Assembly (NCBI RefSeq): GCF_009914755.1 | Contig: NC_060932.1 | Strand: one strand, 5' to 3' | DNA from: the human T2T-CHM13v2.0 reference genome, Homo sapiens | DNA: 64,000 nt | Part shown: in pieces, positions 1 to 15,059 of the stretch | Layout: the number at the start of each line of letters is the position of its first letter | How positions within the stretch are numbered: the first letter of the stretch is position 1 | Program-made: the position numbers and the translations under genes | Notes under the pieces: model-generated | What the model was told of the DNA's origin: nothing | Databases searched by the model: none | The model's input: the letters and a program-made list of their open reading frames with translations, nothing else

Positions 1-799
1 TTTTTGCATAAAGTGTAACCTTAATGTGTATTTTTCCTTGCTTCATCTCCGAGGTGACTTTCTAGTTAGGACACCATTGGATCAAGGTGCTCAAAAACAG
101 GGGGGCCCCTCTCCCATTACACAGCACAGTGCTTCTGGGTATGTCCTGTTTCTGGCAGCTTGAGGATCTGACTGACATAGCAGGATGCTTCAGAATATCT
201 TTTTGTAGGAAAACTCTCTCTCATTCTCTCTCTACTTCATCTGTTCTAACTAAATTCCAAAAAAAAAAAACAAAAAGGAGTGGGAGAGTTTGTATTGTTC
301 TTCTGAAAATAAAAACTTAGAAAATAGCTTTTTTTGGTATTCAGCCACAATAATGTGCATTAATATTCCAATCTTCCTTCTGCTCATGAAAAAGGACACA
401 GAGGAAAGACTAACAAAGAAAATAAACCTGTAAAGAATAGTATTGAATGTGAGAAGATAAAATTAATATATTCCTAATGACCATGACAGGAAATAATGAT
501 AGCATTAAACTGTAGTGTCTTTTCCATAAGTTTTAGATATACTGGGCATATGTGATGCTTATTATACACGTAGGCATCTCAAGCAGAATTTAACCTTGAG
601 AATAATTGTTAACAAAATTGATTATTAAAAAAAATCAATGGCTTTGTTATTTGAGTGTAAACACGTACACAAAAATGAAGAGCCAAAAGTTAGTGGTTAC
701 GATTTCTCTCTTGTTCCCTGCCCTAGAACTGAGTTGTTAAAATCCAAAACAATATGCTTTTTAAAAGCTATGTTGTATAGTATTTATTGCAGCTATCAT

Positions 800-1330
800 T
801 TGCTTCAACTTTAACCTAAAGGCAAAGTCATGGTAATCTCTTCCTTGCTCAGAAATCTTTGGCATCTCCTCAGAGCCTCGAGGAAAATGAATTTTTTTGT
901 ATGGTATTCAAGGCTTCACAAAGATCTCCCTTGCTAGCCTCTTCCCCACTCCTTCCACCCTGCTTCCTATGTTCACAAAGTTCTCTGCCTTGCCTCAAAT
1001 GTTATAGATTTCAGTCTTCTTTGAAATACCCTCTTAACACTTCTCTGCTTAGCAAATTCCTATTATTCTCAAGGGTCAGCTCAAATTTACCCTTTAGTGA
1101 GGAGGGCATCTTGCATTCTTCTTTCTTCTGACTTCTGGCCAAATTACTTTCTTCCTCCCTTGCATTCCCTGGCTCCTTTGTTCATATCACAAGTTTGGCT
1201 TAGATTACACAATTATTATAAGATACTTGCTTTTCTGCTAGTTTCTTAGTCTTTTGGAGTGCAGATACAGTGTTATTTATCTTTTAATCATTAGAGCCCA
1301 GTATGGTAAAGGAGAGAAATAAATGAATTG
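800..1330 (+). mobile_element. L2 LINE 3' fragment, degraded
   Basis: L2-like text (tcaagggtcagctcaaatttaccc; ends aataaatgaattgaat); boundaries approximate. Confidence 0.55.
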
Positions 1331-2587
1331 AATCATAGGTCTATCTCCAGATGTTAAAAGTCATTGTAATAAATGAGGGAGAAAATATCCAAAATGTTTT
1401 TCTTCTCCTTTATCTGAGTCTATCAATCTTATTGCTTAAGTGGATGGACTATTTGAATAGTTGATATTTCTAATTAGCTTGTGTATTCCAAAGGTAATTT
1501 ACGTTGCTCCTGTGTTTTACCATTAATCCCAAACTGTGGACATCATAAAGATGCCTTACAAAATTAATTTAATAACTAGCTAAATATAGCATACCATTTT
1601 CTTCAAACTGATTGCTTCATGGGTTCTTATTTCCATGAGATCTTCTAGCAGAAGTAATTTCGGGTTGGTGTCTATCTGAAAGCCTTCTGTCTAGCAGATA
1701 GCATTGAAGTGGAGCTTTCCTTAAAGAGGACAGAAAAGCAGACTGTCTTCCCTCTTTGCCGCAGAGCCAGAAGGACAGGGTGAAAAGTGTCTTTCCTTTG
1801 ACTAAAGAGAATCACATTCCACTAAAGGCAGCCCATTTCAGACTGATTATTGGCCAACTTTATATCCAGAAGGAAAGCAATTTAACAGGAAAGGAGTAGT
1901 CTTTCAGAGAATTAAATTTTTTGTCTAGATTTGGACTGAAGAAACAAGGCATATTGAGGTAGAGCAATTAAAGCTCTTTTGGTCTAGAAGAGAAAATCAA
2001 ACTCTAAGGGAATTTTAAAAGCCCTTTTTGTTGTGAAATATGACAGTTTGCAGAAGCCTGTTCTTCTTCCACTTACCCTTTCAATGAGGAAACTTATCTT
2101 CCTGACAAAAATTGCATTAAGAAGCAGCTGCAGCCGTTTTCCCGTAGGCAGCATTCTGAGGGAATATTTGAGAGAATAACTCCCCAAAGATAAATGGGTT
2201 CCTCAGTAGCCTTGGGCAGGAGGAATAAAGGCGATTCTTTATTTTTCATACTGTGGGCACTTCTGTGAATTTGCTGGTTAGCCCAAGCTAAAAGTCAACA
2301 CAACTTTTTGATTAGGAATAGTTGCAGGTCAGCAGTACTTTTTGTTTTGAAGTTTTGCAGCACAGTCCTGTGGGTGGTTATGGTTCTTTTCTCTGTTTCC
2401 AAGTTTGCAGAAGTTTGAGAGGTGACCTTTTGTGGACTGGAGGAGGCTGAGAAACTGAGTGAAGTGCACACTGTATACCCCTTTGCCGAGAAATTGTCTC
2501 TCAGGCTGCAGACCTTAGAGCAGTGGTAACTATGATTGACATGTAATGATGCATTCAAAGCACACATCACATAGCAAGACCAAATCT

Positions 2588-2663
2588 TCATTCTGAAGTC
2601 GTATCTAAGTGCTAAGTCCTCATTCTGAAGTTCTGAATGAAGTTTAGCCCCTCATTCTGAAGT
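2588..2663. repeat. Three copies of TCATTCTGAAGT at an exact 32-bp period
   Basis: Copies start at 2588, 2620 and 2652. Confidence 0.8.
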
Positions 2664-3087
2664 GCCAACATTCATCTTCACAATGATCTGTGACTCTCCT
2701 CACCTTCTGTTGCTTTCTTCCCCCATTGTCCCTACAGATCTTTCCTTCACTGGGTTACATCCACTCCTGCGTCAGGATCTCCTTGTCGTAGACTTAGGTT
2801 TCTCCAAGTATTTGTCCCCTTTACCTCTGGTTAGCCCACAGTGACAAGGCAGCAAAACTCATTTTTATAAGGGGTGGAGGGGGAATCGTTGTGATAACTT
2901 ACCCTTTAACATTTGTCTCATAGGCTCATAATTCCATTACTTTGCCTGTAATAGTGGTAAGTAAATATGCCCTTCTGTTTAGGTTTTAGGGCAAAGTAGT
3001 ATTTTAGCAGTTAAGAATTTACTGAGCATATTCCTCTTCACAAATAATTTATTGGTGATTAAGTATAAAATTACCCTGTGTTTTTAA

Positions 3088-3485
<398 letters not shown>

Positions 3486-3933
3486 TGAAAGTATTGATTA
3501 ATGCTCGTAAGACTTAGTAACACAAATCTGTAGTACTTCATGTAACAAGAGCAAATGTTTTTCAAATCTATTATAGGAACCATTTTATCTCTACAAATAA
3601 GAAGTTAAAAAATAGTTTTTAGGTAATATGAAAAGTAATTTGAAATCACAATTTAACAAAACAGGGCCTTGTGAAAAATTTTGTTTGTTGATAGGACAAC
3701 TGATGTTAAATAAATTTTTCCACATTAAATGTTTTCAGTTGACTATGTTTCAAAGAAAAAATGTAATGGATTTTATAGTATATAGTATAGATTTTATACT
3801 ACAACTAATGAAATGGAACCTTTATGGTGAGGAGGGTCCTTGGACAGTGGACCTGTGACTGGTAGTAACATGTGGTCCAAAGTGCAGCAGGGACAGATAG
3901 GAGACAGAAGTCAGAGGTTGATGTTGAGGTAGG

Positions 3934-3965
3934 GGTGGTGGTGGTAGTGGTAGTGGTGGAGGAGG
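3934..3965. repeat. (GGT/AGT)n low-complexity tract
   Basis: ggtggtggtggtagtggtagtggtggaggagg. Confidence 0.75.
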
Positions 3966-4608
3966 ACACAGATGGGCCAAACAGCCCTACATTTGACACC
4001 AGTTTCTGAATGGTGTTAAGACTATTTAGTAAAGATGTTGAGTGAGCAGTGAGAAGTAAGAGTGAGGAGCGAGAAGAAAATTAGAGTGTAGCCCCTCCTT
4101 CGCATTCAAGCTTCCCCACCAACTAAAGGCACAGCCTCCAGATTCTACCCCAAAGTGCATTCTGACTGATGTTATAAATTGCTTTTGCTTCCCTTCATAA
4201 GGCGGTATTTTCTAGAATGATAATTAATGATAGAGTTGTAAAACAATCTTAAACAATTAATTGGGAACTATCAAATAAGTATCTGTGATGTTTGATGTTG
4301 GAAAAACATGATATGAACCTTTTGCTGAGGAGGCCCTAGTTTATTAGTTGAAAGATAAATTTGTCATGACATCTCTTAATACAACTTTATATATCTTCAT
4401 TACTCAATTAAATAAAAACTCAGCAATAACAAAACTTTATTATATGAGAAAATAAGAAAATAGTATATGATGCAGAGGAAAAAACTAAAGGCTGATAACC
4501 AATATGCCTGAATTTTAGCTCTGCCATCTCCATCCCCAACAAGAGGGGCATTGCTTTTGTTTTGCATATTGAGTTTCAATATAACACTTTAGTTGAAAAG
4601 AAGGTTCT

Positions 4609-6975
4609 TCAGCAAAATACTTGCAAACAGAATCCAGCAGCACATCAAAAAGTTAATCCAGTGTGATCAAGTTGGCTTCGTCCCTGGGATGCAAGGTTGG
4701 TTCAACATACACAAATTAATAAATGTGATTCATCACATAAATCGAACTAAAAACAAAAACCACATGATTATCTCAATACATGCAAAAAGGCTTTCGATAA
4801 AATTCAACACCCCTTCATGTTAAATACTCCCAGTAAGCTGGGTATTGAGGGAACATACTTCAAAACAACAAGAGCCATCTATATCAAGCCCACAGCCAAC
4901 ATTATACTGAATAGGCAAAAGCTGGTAATATTTTCCTTGAAAATCAGCACAAGACAACTGCCACTTCTATCCAACACAGTATTGGAAGTCCTAACCAAAA
5001 CAATCAGGCAGGAGAAAGAAATAAAGGGCATCCAAATAGGAAGAGAGGAAGTGAACTATCTCTGTTTGCAGACGACATGATTCTATATCTAGAAAACCCT
5101 ATCAACTCATCCTAAAAGCTCTTCCAGCTGATAAACAACTTCAGCAAAGTTGCGGAGTACAAAATCAATGTAAAAAAATTACTAGCATTCCTTACACCAG
5201 CAACAGCCAAACTGAGAGCGAAAGATAGAAAGGCAATCCCATTCACAGTTGCCACAAAAAGAATAAAATACCTAGGAATACAGCTAACCAGAGAGGTGAA
5301 AGATCTCTACAAGGAGAATTACAAAACACTCCTCAAAGAAGTCAGAGAAGACACAAACAAATGGAAAAACACTCTATGCACATGGACAGGAAGAATCAGT
5401 ATCATTAAAATGGCTATACTGCCCAAAGCAATTTATAGATTCAGTGCTATTCCTATCAGACTACCAATGACATTCTTCAGAGAACTAGAAAAAAAAAGAC
5501 TATTTTAAAATTTATATGGAACCAAAAAAGAGCCTCAATAGCCAAGGCAATCCTAAGCAAAAGAACAAAGCTGGAGGCGTCTTTACCAGACTTCAGACTA
5601 TACTACAAGGCTACAGTAATGAAAACAGCGTGGTAGTGGTACAAAAATTGGCACATACCAGTGGAACAGAGTAGAGAGCCCAGAAAGAAGTCTGCACATC
5701 TACGACCACTTGATCTTTAACAAAACTGATGAAAACAAGCAATGGCAAAAAGACTTCCTATTCAATAAATGGTGCTGGGATAACTGGCTAGGCATATGCA
5801 GAAGTTTCTTTACACCATATACAAAAGTCAACTCAAGTTGGATTAAAGACTTAAATATAAAACCCAAAACCCTGGAAGACAAACTAGGCAATACCTCATG
5901 CACATAGGAGCAAGCAAAGATTTCATGACAAAGACAACAAAAGCAATTGCAACAAAAGCAAAAATTGACAAGTGGGATTTAATTAAACTTAAGAGCTTCT
6001 GCACAGCAAAAGAAATGATCAACAGAGTAAACAACAACCTGCAGAATGGGAGAGAATATTTGCAAACTATGCATCTGACAAAGTTCTAATACCCAGCATT
6101 TATAAGGAACTTAAATAAATTTACAAGATAAAAACAAAAACCCCATTAAAAAGTGCGCAAAGGACATGAACAGATACTTCTCCAAAGAAGACATACATGT
6201 GGCCAACAAGCATATGAAAAAAAGCCCAATATCACTGACCATTAGAGAAATGCAAATCAAAACCACAATGAGATACCATCTCATGCCAGTCAGAGTGGCT
6301 ATTACTAAAAAGTAAAAAAATAATAGATGCTGGCGAGGTTGTGGAGAAAAGGGAACACTTATACACTGTTGGTGGTAGTGTAAATTCGTTCAACCATTGT
6401 GGAAAGCAATATGGTGATTTCTCAAGGAGCTAAAAGCAGAACTACCATTCAACCCAGCAATCCCATTACTGGGTATATACCCAGAGGAATATAAATCATT
6501 TTACCATAAAGATGCATGCACGTAAATGTTCATTGCAGCAGTGTTCACAATGGCAAAGACATGGAATCAACCTAACTGTCCATCAATGACAGATTGGATA
6601 AAGAAAATGTGTTACATAGACACCATGGAATACTATGCAGTCATAAAAAATAGTGAGATCATGTCTTCTGTGGCTACATGGATGGAGATGGAGGCTGTTA
6701 TCCTTACCAAATTAACACAGGAACAGAAAACCCAATACTGCCTGTTCTCACTTAAAAGTGGGAGCTAAATGATAAAACTTATGAACACAAAGAAGGAAAC
6801 AACAGACCCTGGGGTCTACTTGAGGGAGGAGGTTGGGAGGAGGAGGAAGAGCAGAAAAGATAGCTATTGGGTACTGGGTTTAATACATGGGTGATGAAAT
6901 AATCTGTACAACAACCCCCCCCTACACGTGTTTACCTATGTAATAAACCTTCACATGTACCCCAAACCTAAAATA
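4609..6975 (+). mobile_element. 5'-truncated L1PA (older primate, L1PA12/13-like): disrupted ORF2 3' half plus 3'UTR
   Basis: ORF2 peptides [40 protein letters not shown] and MFIAA.FT.AKTWNQP.CPS in broken frames; degenerate TSD gaaaagaaggttct (4595-4608) / ggaaaggaggttct (6987-7000). Confidence 0.95.
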
Positions 6976-7231
6976 TTTTTTTTAAAGGAAAGGAGGTTCT
7001 ATACAAAAAAAGAAAAAAAAAAAACTTTAGAACTCTCTGGCAATACATGTTATGCATCCTGTGTTAGTCCTTGGGTACCGTGAAATTTCCTTCTTTTTTT
7101 TTTAGAGCACCTAGTGCCCTCCATAGTCATCAACCACCCACTGCTGCGGATGCTGAGCCCCCATCTGTTGAGTGCTCACCCTGTGCCAGAAACTCTGTAT
7201 TGCCTGTGCATTTTCTCACTGATCACTTAGA

Positions 7232-7380
7232 CTAGGCTTGGGCAAACTTTTTTCTGCAAAGGGTCAGGTAATAAATATTTTAGGCTTTTGGAACCATAAG
7301 GTCTCTGTCACAATTACTCATCTCTGCTGAGGAGGGGAAAATGGTTCCATAAGACAATGTGTATTGTGTTGAAATAAAAT
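7232..7380 (+). mobile_element. MER58A-like hAT-Charlie fragment
   Basis: ggcaaacttttttctgcaaagggtcaggtaataaatattttaggcttt resembles the recalled MER58 5' end. Confidence 0.7.
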
Positions 7381-7849
7381 TCACACACTACACGGTAAAG
7401 GAATTAGAACTAGAATCCTGGTCGTTCAACTTGAAATTTTACAATCTTTTCATAATTCCTGCTAATAGTGTGACCTCCTAAACTGTAAAGGAAATTTTGT
7501 AGGTTAAAAAAAAGATGCATTTATCTTCTGTAAGTGGATAGCAGGACCTTTAGGAAAAGAATAAAAGTAATAGAAGACCAAAGAGGAAGAGACTCTTGGG
7601 AAGAATTTTTTATTTCACAGAAATCTTTCTCCCCCAATAGAACAATGAATTGCTTGTCCTAATATTGTTTCCTTACCTCTTAACATATTGCCATATAACA
7701 TATTCTGCTAACAGTATAAAGACTTGGCTGTCTTTACTTTGCTATTATTCTTTCTGAATCTACAAAATTTTTCTTTAAAAATAATCTGCATGTGTTCTCC
7801 TTCATTTATTTCCACACTTTTCCTTCGGAAGACTTGCTAGTCATTGGAG

Positions 7850-8080
7850 AAAATATGGTGTAATGGTTAAGGGCCCAAGAGCGCAAATGAGATTTCCTAG
7901 TTTTTTTATCCCCAACTCTATTAATCTTTATCAAATAACTTCTCTGTGCCTAGATTTCTCAACTGTAGAGTGTGTATAATAATAGCATCTATGACCTAGG
8001 GTTGCTGTGAAGGTTATGATTACTGCATGAGAACACACATTGTGTACATGCTGGTTACTCTCCAGCTTGCTCAGTACATG
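7850..8080 (+). mobile_element. MIR
   Basis: atggtgtaatggttaag...tctctgtgcctagatttctcaactgta...aataatagcatcta core. Confidence 0.7.
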
Positions 8081-9039
8081 TGATTCTTTACCACTCTTGT
8101 TTTTAGTACAAGTCAGTCCTTGAGTCACCCTGAAATTTGCCAGTCACATTTATTTACTTGATTTATATTTTTCACTCAGATCTGAATGCTTTAGGAATAT
8201 ACCCATAAAGAGAAAAACTTAAAATATATTTTACATTTACATTTTTATGCAAATATGCATAGATTATTTTGATTTTAATTGCTCTTTATTAAAAGAAGAG
8301 TGCCTTTTAAAAATTAAGTTTACTATAGGGTAAAATCCTCATTCAAGGTGAAAGCATTTGTATTTGAGGATCTGAAGAAGAATACATTTAGGTGATGTTA
8401 TCTAAGTGCAATGTATTTTTGTTACTTGTAAAAGAACAGTAAATAACAGACATATGTATAGTCATTAGTTATCATGATTGTGATTGATCTTTTACCCTAG
8501 ATACCAAGTATATAAAGTCAGTTGCTTTGCTGTCTTTGGAATTATAATAGGTTTGGGTGAATGTTCTGTGATTGCTGATAATTATCGTATTGGTGGGAAT
8601 GTACCGTCTTTGACCACATCGTCTGTCAAAATTTCAGTATGTCTACCAGTCTCCCTTCACCTCTCACTCGTCCAAGAAGCATTCCCAAGGTAAAGCAGTC
8701 TTATTAAAATGGAAGGATGTCCCTAGTGTGTTGCGTAGAAAACAACAACCATGATGAGTGCAGGGATACTCTGGTTAGGTAAATTTTCTTGTGTTTACAT
8801 GGATCTTAAATGTTAACCTTGCCTGCAGCATAATTCCAATAAGACAAGAAAAAGGTAAGTAAACTATATTGAAAAAAGTGACTCTTGTTTTCCAACCTAA
8901 ATTCTGCCTCTGGCAAGACAAGTCAATTATTTTTCTAGTCAATGAAGATAGAAAAAGAATAAAGTAACCAGTTGATTTCTGCTTCTGATTAGAAAATTTT
9001 GTTTTAATCTCAGCCAGAGATGTTTCAGCTTTGCCGCAG

Positions 9040-9330
9040 GGCAATTTTAAATACAGTTGTCAAGGGAGGACTTCTTGAGAAAATGACACTAGAACAAATT
9101 CTTGAAGGGAGAGAGCCATGCGAATATAGGGCAAAGAGCATTCCAGGCAGAGGGACCAGCCAGTGCAAGGACCATGAGGTGGGAACATGCCTGGAACATT
9201 TGAGGAACACGAAGGAGGCCAGTTTGATTGGTGCACAGTGAGCAGAGGAAAGCAATAGGGAATGGAGTCAGAGAGGTAGTAGGGAAGGGTAGAGGGACAT
9301 CATGAGAGCTTTCTAGGACTTTGTAGGAAA
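9040..9330 (-). mobile_element. L2 fragment
   Basis: agagcattccaggcagagggaccagccagtgcaagg...gaggccag, typical of antisense L2. Confidence 0.75.
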
Positions 9331-10372
9331 TGGTGCCTTTTTATTAATTTCTCTGTTTAGAACTTTGTATTTAGAAAGTAGTGCATTTTTATAAAGGAAA
9401 TTACTTTTATAATTAATACTTCCTTTATGAGAGAAATCATTACATTATTTTAATTTTTAGGAAAATTCACAAATACATATATAATCATTTTAATTTCCCA
9501 TCTCTGATGAAAATTTTTGCCTATAATTTCAGTAATAAAGTATCCTTTGTAAAAATTGTTTTCTATATTTGACCATCATACCATTTTTTAATATGCTATA
9601 TTCAGTTTGAATGCCGAACCTCCAATGGTTAGCTCATTGTTTTCTATATTTTTATTTGACAGAAAGTAGTTCAAAAGCAAATGAACTACTTTGTGGAGAT
9701 TAAAAATATAGTGAGCAATTTTATGTCCTTTCAAAAAGCATAGTTTGAACCAAGAAAAAGTTACTTTTTGTTCCTGCTCTTTGATTTCATTTTAATTTTA
9801 AAACTAATTTCATGCTTTTAAATGTTAAATTACTATAAGGGTTTTCAACTTTCTGTCCTTAATTCTAGCATTATCTATTATCTACCATGCTAATTTCCTT
9901 TCTGATTAATTGGGAGTACGACAGACACCAGCACAAAAATAGCAGAGGTCAAAATACTTAACAAATGAGATACTGATACAATGCATAATTCATGAAATAT
10001 ATTCACTCCTGTTTTTGATCTTCCTCAATTGTAATGCGTCTTGCTAAATGCAGCTCACCACATTGTTTTAAATGTTGCTGAAATTTTCAGATTCCTAATG
10101 TTTTTATACTTGTGAAAAAAAATCTCTTTTGGTCTGTTTTGTCATTGGCTTTCTTTATAAAAGTTTCTTCTTAAAGGAATACTCATTTGGCTTTGTACTT
10201 CAAAGTTCTCTAATATTTGGTTACTCATGCCAGAGGAATTGTGAGTACCAGCTCATAATTCAAGTTAATCTATCGATAAGCAAAGTATAAATTTACTTCA
10301 CCATATAATGTACCAGCATTCTATTGTTTTGTGTTTTCAAAGAAAAGAACATAATTTATTGTTGTCCTTGCA

Positions 10373-10760
10373 TTAGTCATCAGGACTATTGCAGCTGCAA
10401 GTAGCAGAAATCCAATTCAAATTATTGTATTTTAAAAAGGATGAGGGGAAACTAAAGGATGTGGGTTTGATTCCAACCCAGTGGCTTTAGGTATTCAAAT
10501 GATATCACTAGGATGCTGACTGTCTGTGCATTTCTCTCACTTCACTAACTCCTGAGTTTAGCATCATTTTCAGGCACCACATGGCAGCAAATTGGCCCCT
10601 GTCAGTCTCAGGCTTATGCGGCTCATAGCTAACAATCCAGTGTTTATTATTTGGCCACAAGGGCTATATTTGGCCATTCTTAGCCATGAGAACACCCCTG
10701 GATAAGTCTTTGTCCAGAAGAATGGGAAACTGATATGGATTAAGTGCTCAACTGAGATAG
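10373..10760. mobile_element. MLT1-type MaLR LTR, degraded
   Basis: ttagtca..ggactatt..gctgcaagtagcagaaatccaattcaaa start typical of old MLT1. Confidence 0.55.
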
Positions 10761-11386
10761 GAAAGGTGAAATGGCAGGAACAGAGAATGGGAGACTTTAA
10801 AACCAGAGATGCAAGATGAACAGCAGCAATACCAAATTCCAGTGTGGGTTAGTTTCATTTGTTTCACAATAAAGGGAAAGATTATGATGACATTTTTATC
10901 ATTTGTTTGTTTTTATCCCTGTCCAGTAAAATCCTCTTTTAGATTTTAAAATATCCTACATTAAAAGTTAAAAATAAATTTAATAAGCAAAGGCGGTCCT
11001 GCTGTATTCTGGGAAGTGTCTGTAAGGCTACCGTGCTGGAAGCTGGTTGTTTGGGGTATGTGAAACTTCAATGTCAGTCTGCCTGCTTTCTGAGATTCAG
11101 ATATTGAGATGGTGACAATTTTGTTTCAGAGCAAAGAATAAAGAATAAAAGGCAAGAAAGTAATAAGAAAAAAGAAAACCCTTGAGCAGGAATAGTAACA
11201 TAACAAGATCACCACCATCCTTTCAGACCAACACATTTAATGAGTCTCAGAGATACATCAAGAGCATATTTCTTATTCCAGAGTCAATAGTTAGCAACTG
11301 AAATAACCTAGTGGCATTAATGCTCCTGCAGGGCCATTTCCCTTTTTCATTTCTGCTGTCAGAATTTTCGACCTCATCATCCCTAG

Positions 11387-12115
<729 letters not shown>

Positions 12116-12289
12116 ATCAGTGACACTTTCTTAACTACAGATGCACGTTTTGGAGCACAGGACCTTTTATGATACATGCCTAGGCTCTGGCGAGTGGGAA
12201 CAGCAGTCACATGACAGTCTCACATCCCCCTACCTATGAGCAGGTTGCATAGGTGTCAGTGAGCGGGTTGCATGGGTGTGAGTGTGTAT

Positions 12290-12452
12290 CCAGTGTACTT
12301 TTCTGGGTCTTAGTTTCATCACCTATAATGGGGAATCAAAATAGTGTCTGCCTTGTAGACTTGTGTTGTGAGAACTCAATTCAAAAAAAAAAAAAGTGAC
12401 ATATTCACCACAGCATTTGGCAAATACTAAACTTTAAATGAATGTTGGCTAT
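12290..12452 (+). mobile_element. MIR fragment
   Basis: tcttagtttcatcacctataatggggaat core. Confidence 0.55.
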
Positions 12453-14126
12453 TCTCTGACCCCTCTCTGTCTGTAGCCCTATCCATGGACACTCTCCCAA
12501 ATTTGTCCTATGATTTAGCCACAGCAACCTTCTGAGTTCCTCATTTGCCACTCTGTTTCACACTTCTTAGCCTTCATTCATACTGCCCCTTCTATTTCTT
12601 CCACTAGACTGAACAGTATAAAGTTAGTAATTCTCTCTTCCGTGCTTTTATATACTTAACACAATGCCAGGCACTTTGCTGAAGACTGTAACAAATACTG
12701 CTGGATGAGGACAACTATTTCTTTCTCAAAATTGAATTGACTTCTTTGTGTACTTGCCTTAGTTCAGCTTCATGGTGGGGTAGTGCAGAAGCCTCATTGA
12801 AGGAAACTATTTTGCCCTAGTGTCAGGGATATTCTGCAACACTGCAGAATGGGTTTTGTGGGCTAAGTGTAGTGATTTTACTGACAGCCTTTTAAAATTT
12901 TCTATGCTGTCCCAGAGACTTCATGAAAAAAAAGTTGTATGATCGGCCTGTTTCAAATAAAGCTAACATTAGATCATTTAAAAAAGAAATCATGTTTATT
13001 TCTAGGGTTATTAGAGAAAATATAAAAATTGTCTTGAAATTGTAGAAGCTTCTCTGGAGCTGTTTTGGGGAGTTTTGGATGGGGTTTATTACTGCTGGAT
13101 GTTAAGAACTTCTTCTAGATTATGACTTGTCTTCTTAAGACTCCACCTTCCCTGTGCCGGAGAAAACAAACATGACCCCTGCAAGTGCAGGTCACTAATA
13201 TTGAGGGTATTGGGCTCTGCCATCAAAGTATGAAGAACTACTGGCCCTTTCATTTTCATCAGCATTGAACCATTCAACCAGGGTGATTTGTCCGCAGTAA
13301 AATACATTAGAAGCATTTCTCCTACTCAAATGTGTAGTTGTTAATTGGCAACTTCTTCTGAGAACTCAAAAATATTCATTCTTCCCTGATTTCCATAGCC
13401 AGTCTTGATAAAAGTGACCCCCCAAAAATGGTAGTTAAAAGGAGAAAAGTATGAAGTGCTAAGAGAAATAAAGTTTTATTATAAATATCTTTCATATTAG
13501 AGTTACTTTATTTGCAATTGCAGTGATTTATTTTTGGTGAGTTGCCCAGAATTGCTTCAATACAGTAAATGACTGTCTTGTTCAAGACATGCTTGTTACT
13601 TGTTTGTGTATGAACACAAAACTATTTGCCCTACTTTATAAATATTTAGGTTCATTTTATCATTAGTCCCCAAGTAAACAAACATCTCATCCAGTGACAA
13701 AAAAGCAATGTATTCTAATTGTCTAATATAACAAAACATTTTTAAATTAACTTTATGCAAATTTGATAGGATATTTTTCATTAGTTGATTAAAATGAAAT
13801 GTTTGAAAAGTTGCTTCAAATATTTTTCACAATTAAAATTATTGTTGCCATAGATTAATTTGTCATTGAAACACTTACAAAAATACAAGTTAATTTCTTT
13901 GCAAACTCATTGCAATTGCACTTAGAGATGTCTTAGAAATAAATTATAAAATATTTTTTAAAGATTTATATTAGCTTTATAATAAAATATAATAAATGAT
14001 GGCTTTGAAATTATTTGTATTGAACTACAAAAGGAAATGTCGTAAATCCCATTCTGAAAAACTTTTTATTCTTTGTAATGGTAAAGGGAAGCATTACATA
14101 GAATATCTTTAAGATAATTCTTTTGA

Positions 14127-14417
14127 GGCCAGGTGCGGTGGCTCACACCTGTAATCCCAGCCCTTTGGGAGGCCAACGTGGGCGGATCGTATCAGGCCAG
14201 GAGTTCTGTACCAGCTTGGCCAACATGATGAAACCCCATCTCTACTAAAAATACAAAAAATTAAATTGGCATGGTGGCATGCACCTGTAATCCCAGTATG
14301 CAGGAGGCTGAGGCGTGAGAATGATGAACCCAGGAGGCAGAGGTTGTAGTGAGACAAGAACGCACCACTGCACTCCAGCCTGGGTGACAGCGAGACTCTG
14401 TCTCAAAAAAAAAAAAA
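14127..14417 (+). mobile_element. Alu (AluS-like)
   Basis: ggccaggtgcggtggctcac...A tail; TSD gataattcttt. Confidence 0.95.
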
Positions 14418-14466
14418 TGATAATTCTTTTGGCATTCTTTGTTATATTTATTTCTTAGAAAGAACA

Positions 14467-14468
<2 letters not shown>

Positions 14469-14509
<41 letters not shown>
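14469..14509. repeat. (GT)20 microsatellite
   Basis: Perfect GT run. Confidence 0.97.
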
Positions 14510-14514
<5 letters not shown>

Positions 14515-15059
14515 CCTTCTTCCTCCCCATCCTCAGCATACTAGTTTCTTATTTTCATAAAATAAGTGATAAATTTTTTTGGATTTGAGAATTTATGAAA
14601 TCAAGTCACGTATTAAGGAATTGGGAAGCAAATATGAGAGAGGGTCAATGAAAAATTTAGGATGCTCACATGGTAAATCATGAGCTTTAAAATCAGAGCT
14701 GTACATAAGAAGCTGTGTTTTAATAATCTGCCTTTGCCATGTTTCTTCTTCCAGTTGAATCTTCCAGTTGGATATCCACTATCTTAAATGTTATGAACAC
14801 TTAGGATCTTGTTATGTATATTTAAGAAACTTAAAATGCTTATTACAAATTATTAATGCTTAGGAATTTGATTTTTGCCAATGCCCAAGTAACTTATTGG
14901 TTGGAAACTGCATACATTTGATAGAACAAGGGCTGATTATAGGTGAAACTAAGAAAGATAAAGCTAGGTTTTGGAGACTTGCACCTTATATCGGAGACCC
15001 AGTCCTACCATGTGTGTCTGAGAGTTTGCATTTCCTTTGGCTATACATTAATTCTTTGA

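Noticed and set aside
2588-2663. Mini-CRISPR (repeat-spacer-repeat)
   Set aside because: Repeat is only 12 bp, spacers are related to each other, eukaryotic context
4593-6768. Cluster of + strand ORFs as a multi-gene operon
   Set aside because: Frameshifted pieces of one L1 ORF2
7001-7030. Second poly-A after the L1 as a 3' transduction
   Set aside because: A better TSD match ends at 7000; the alternative (aacactttag / aaaactttag) is too short to support
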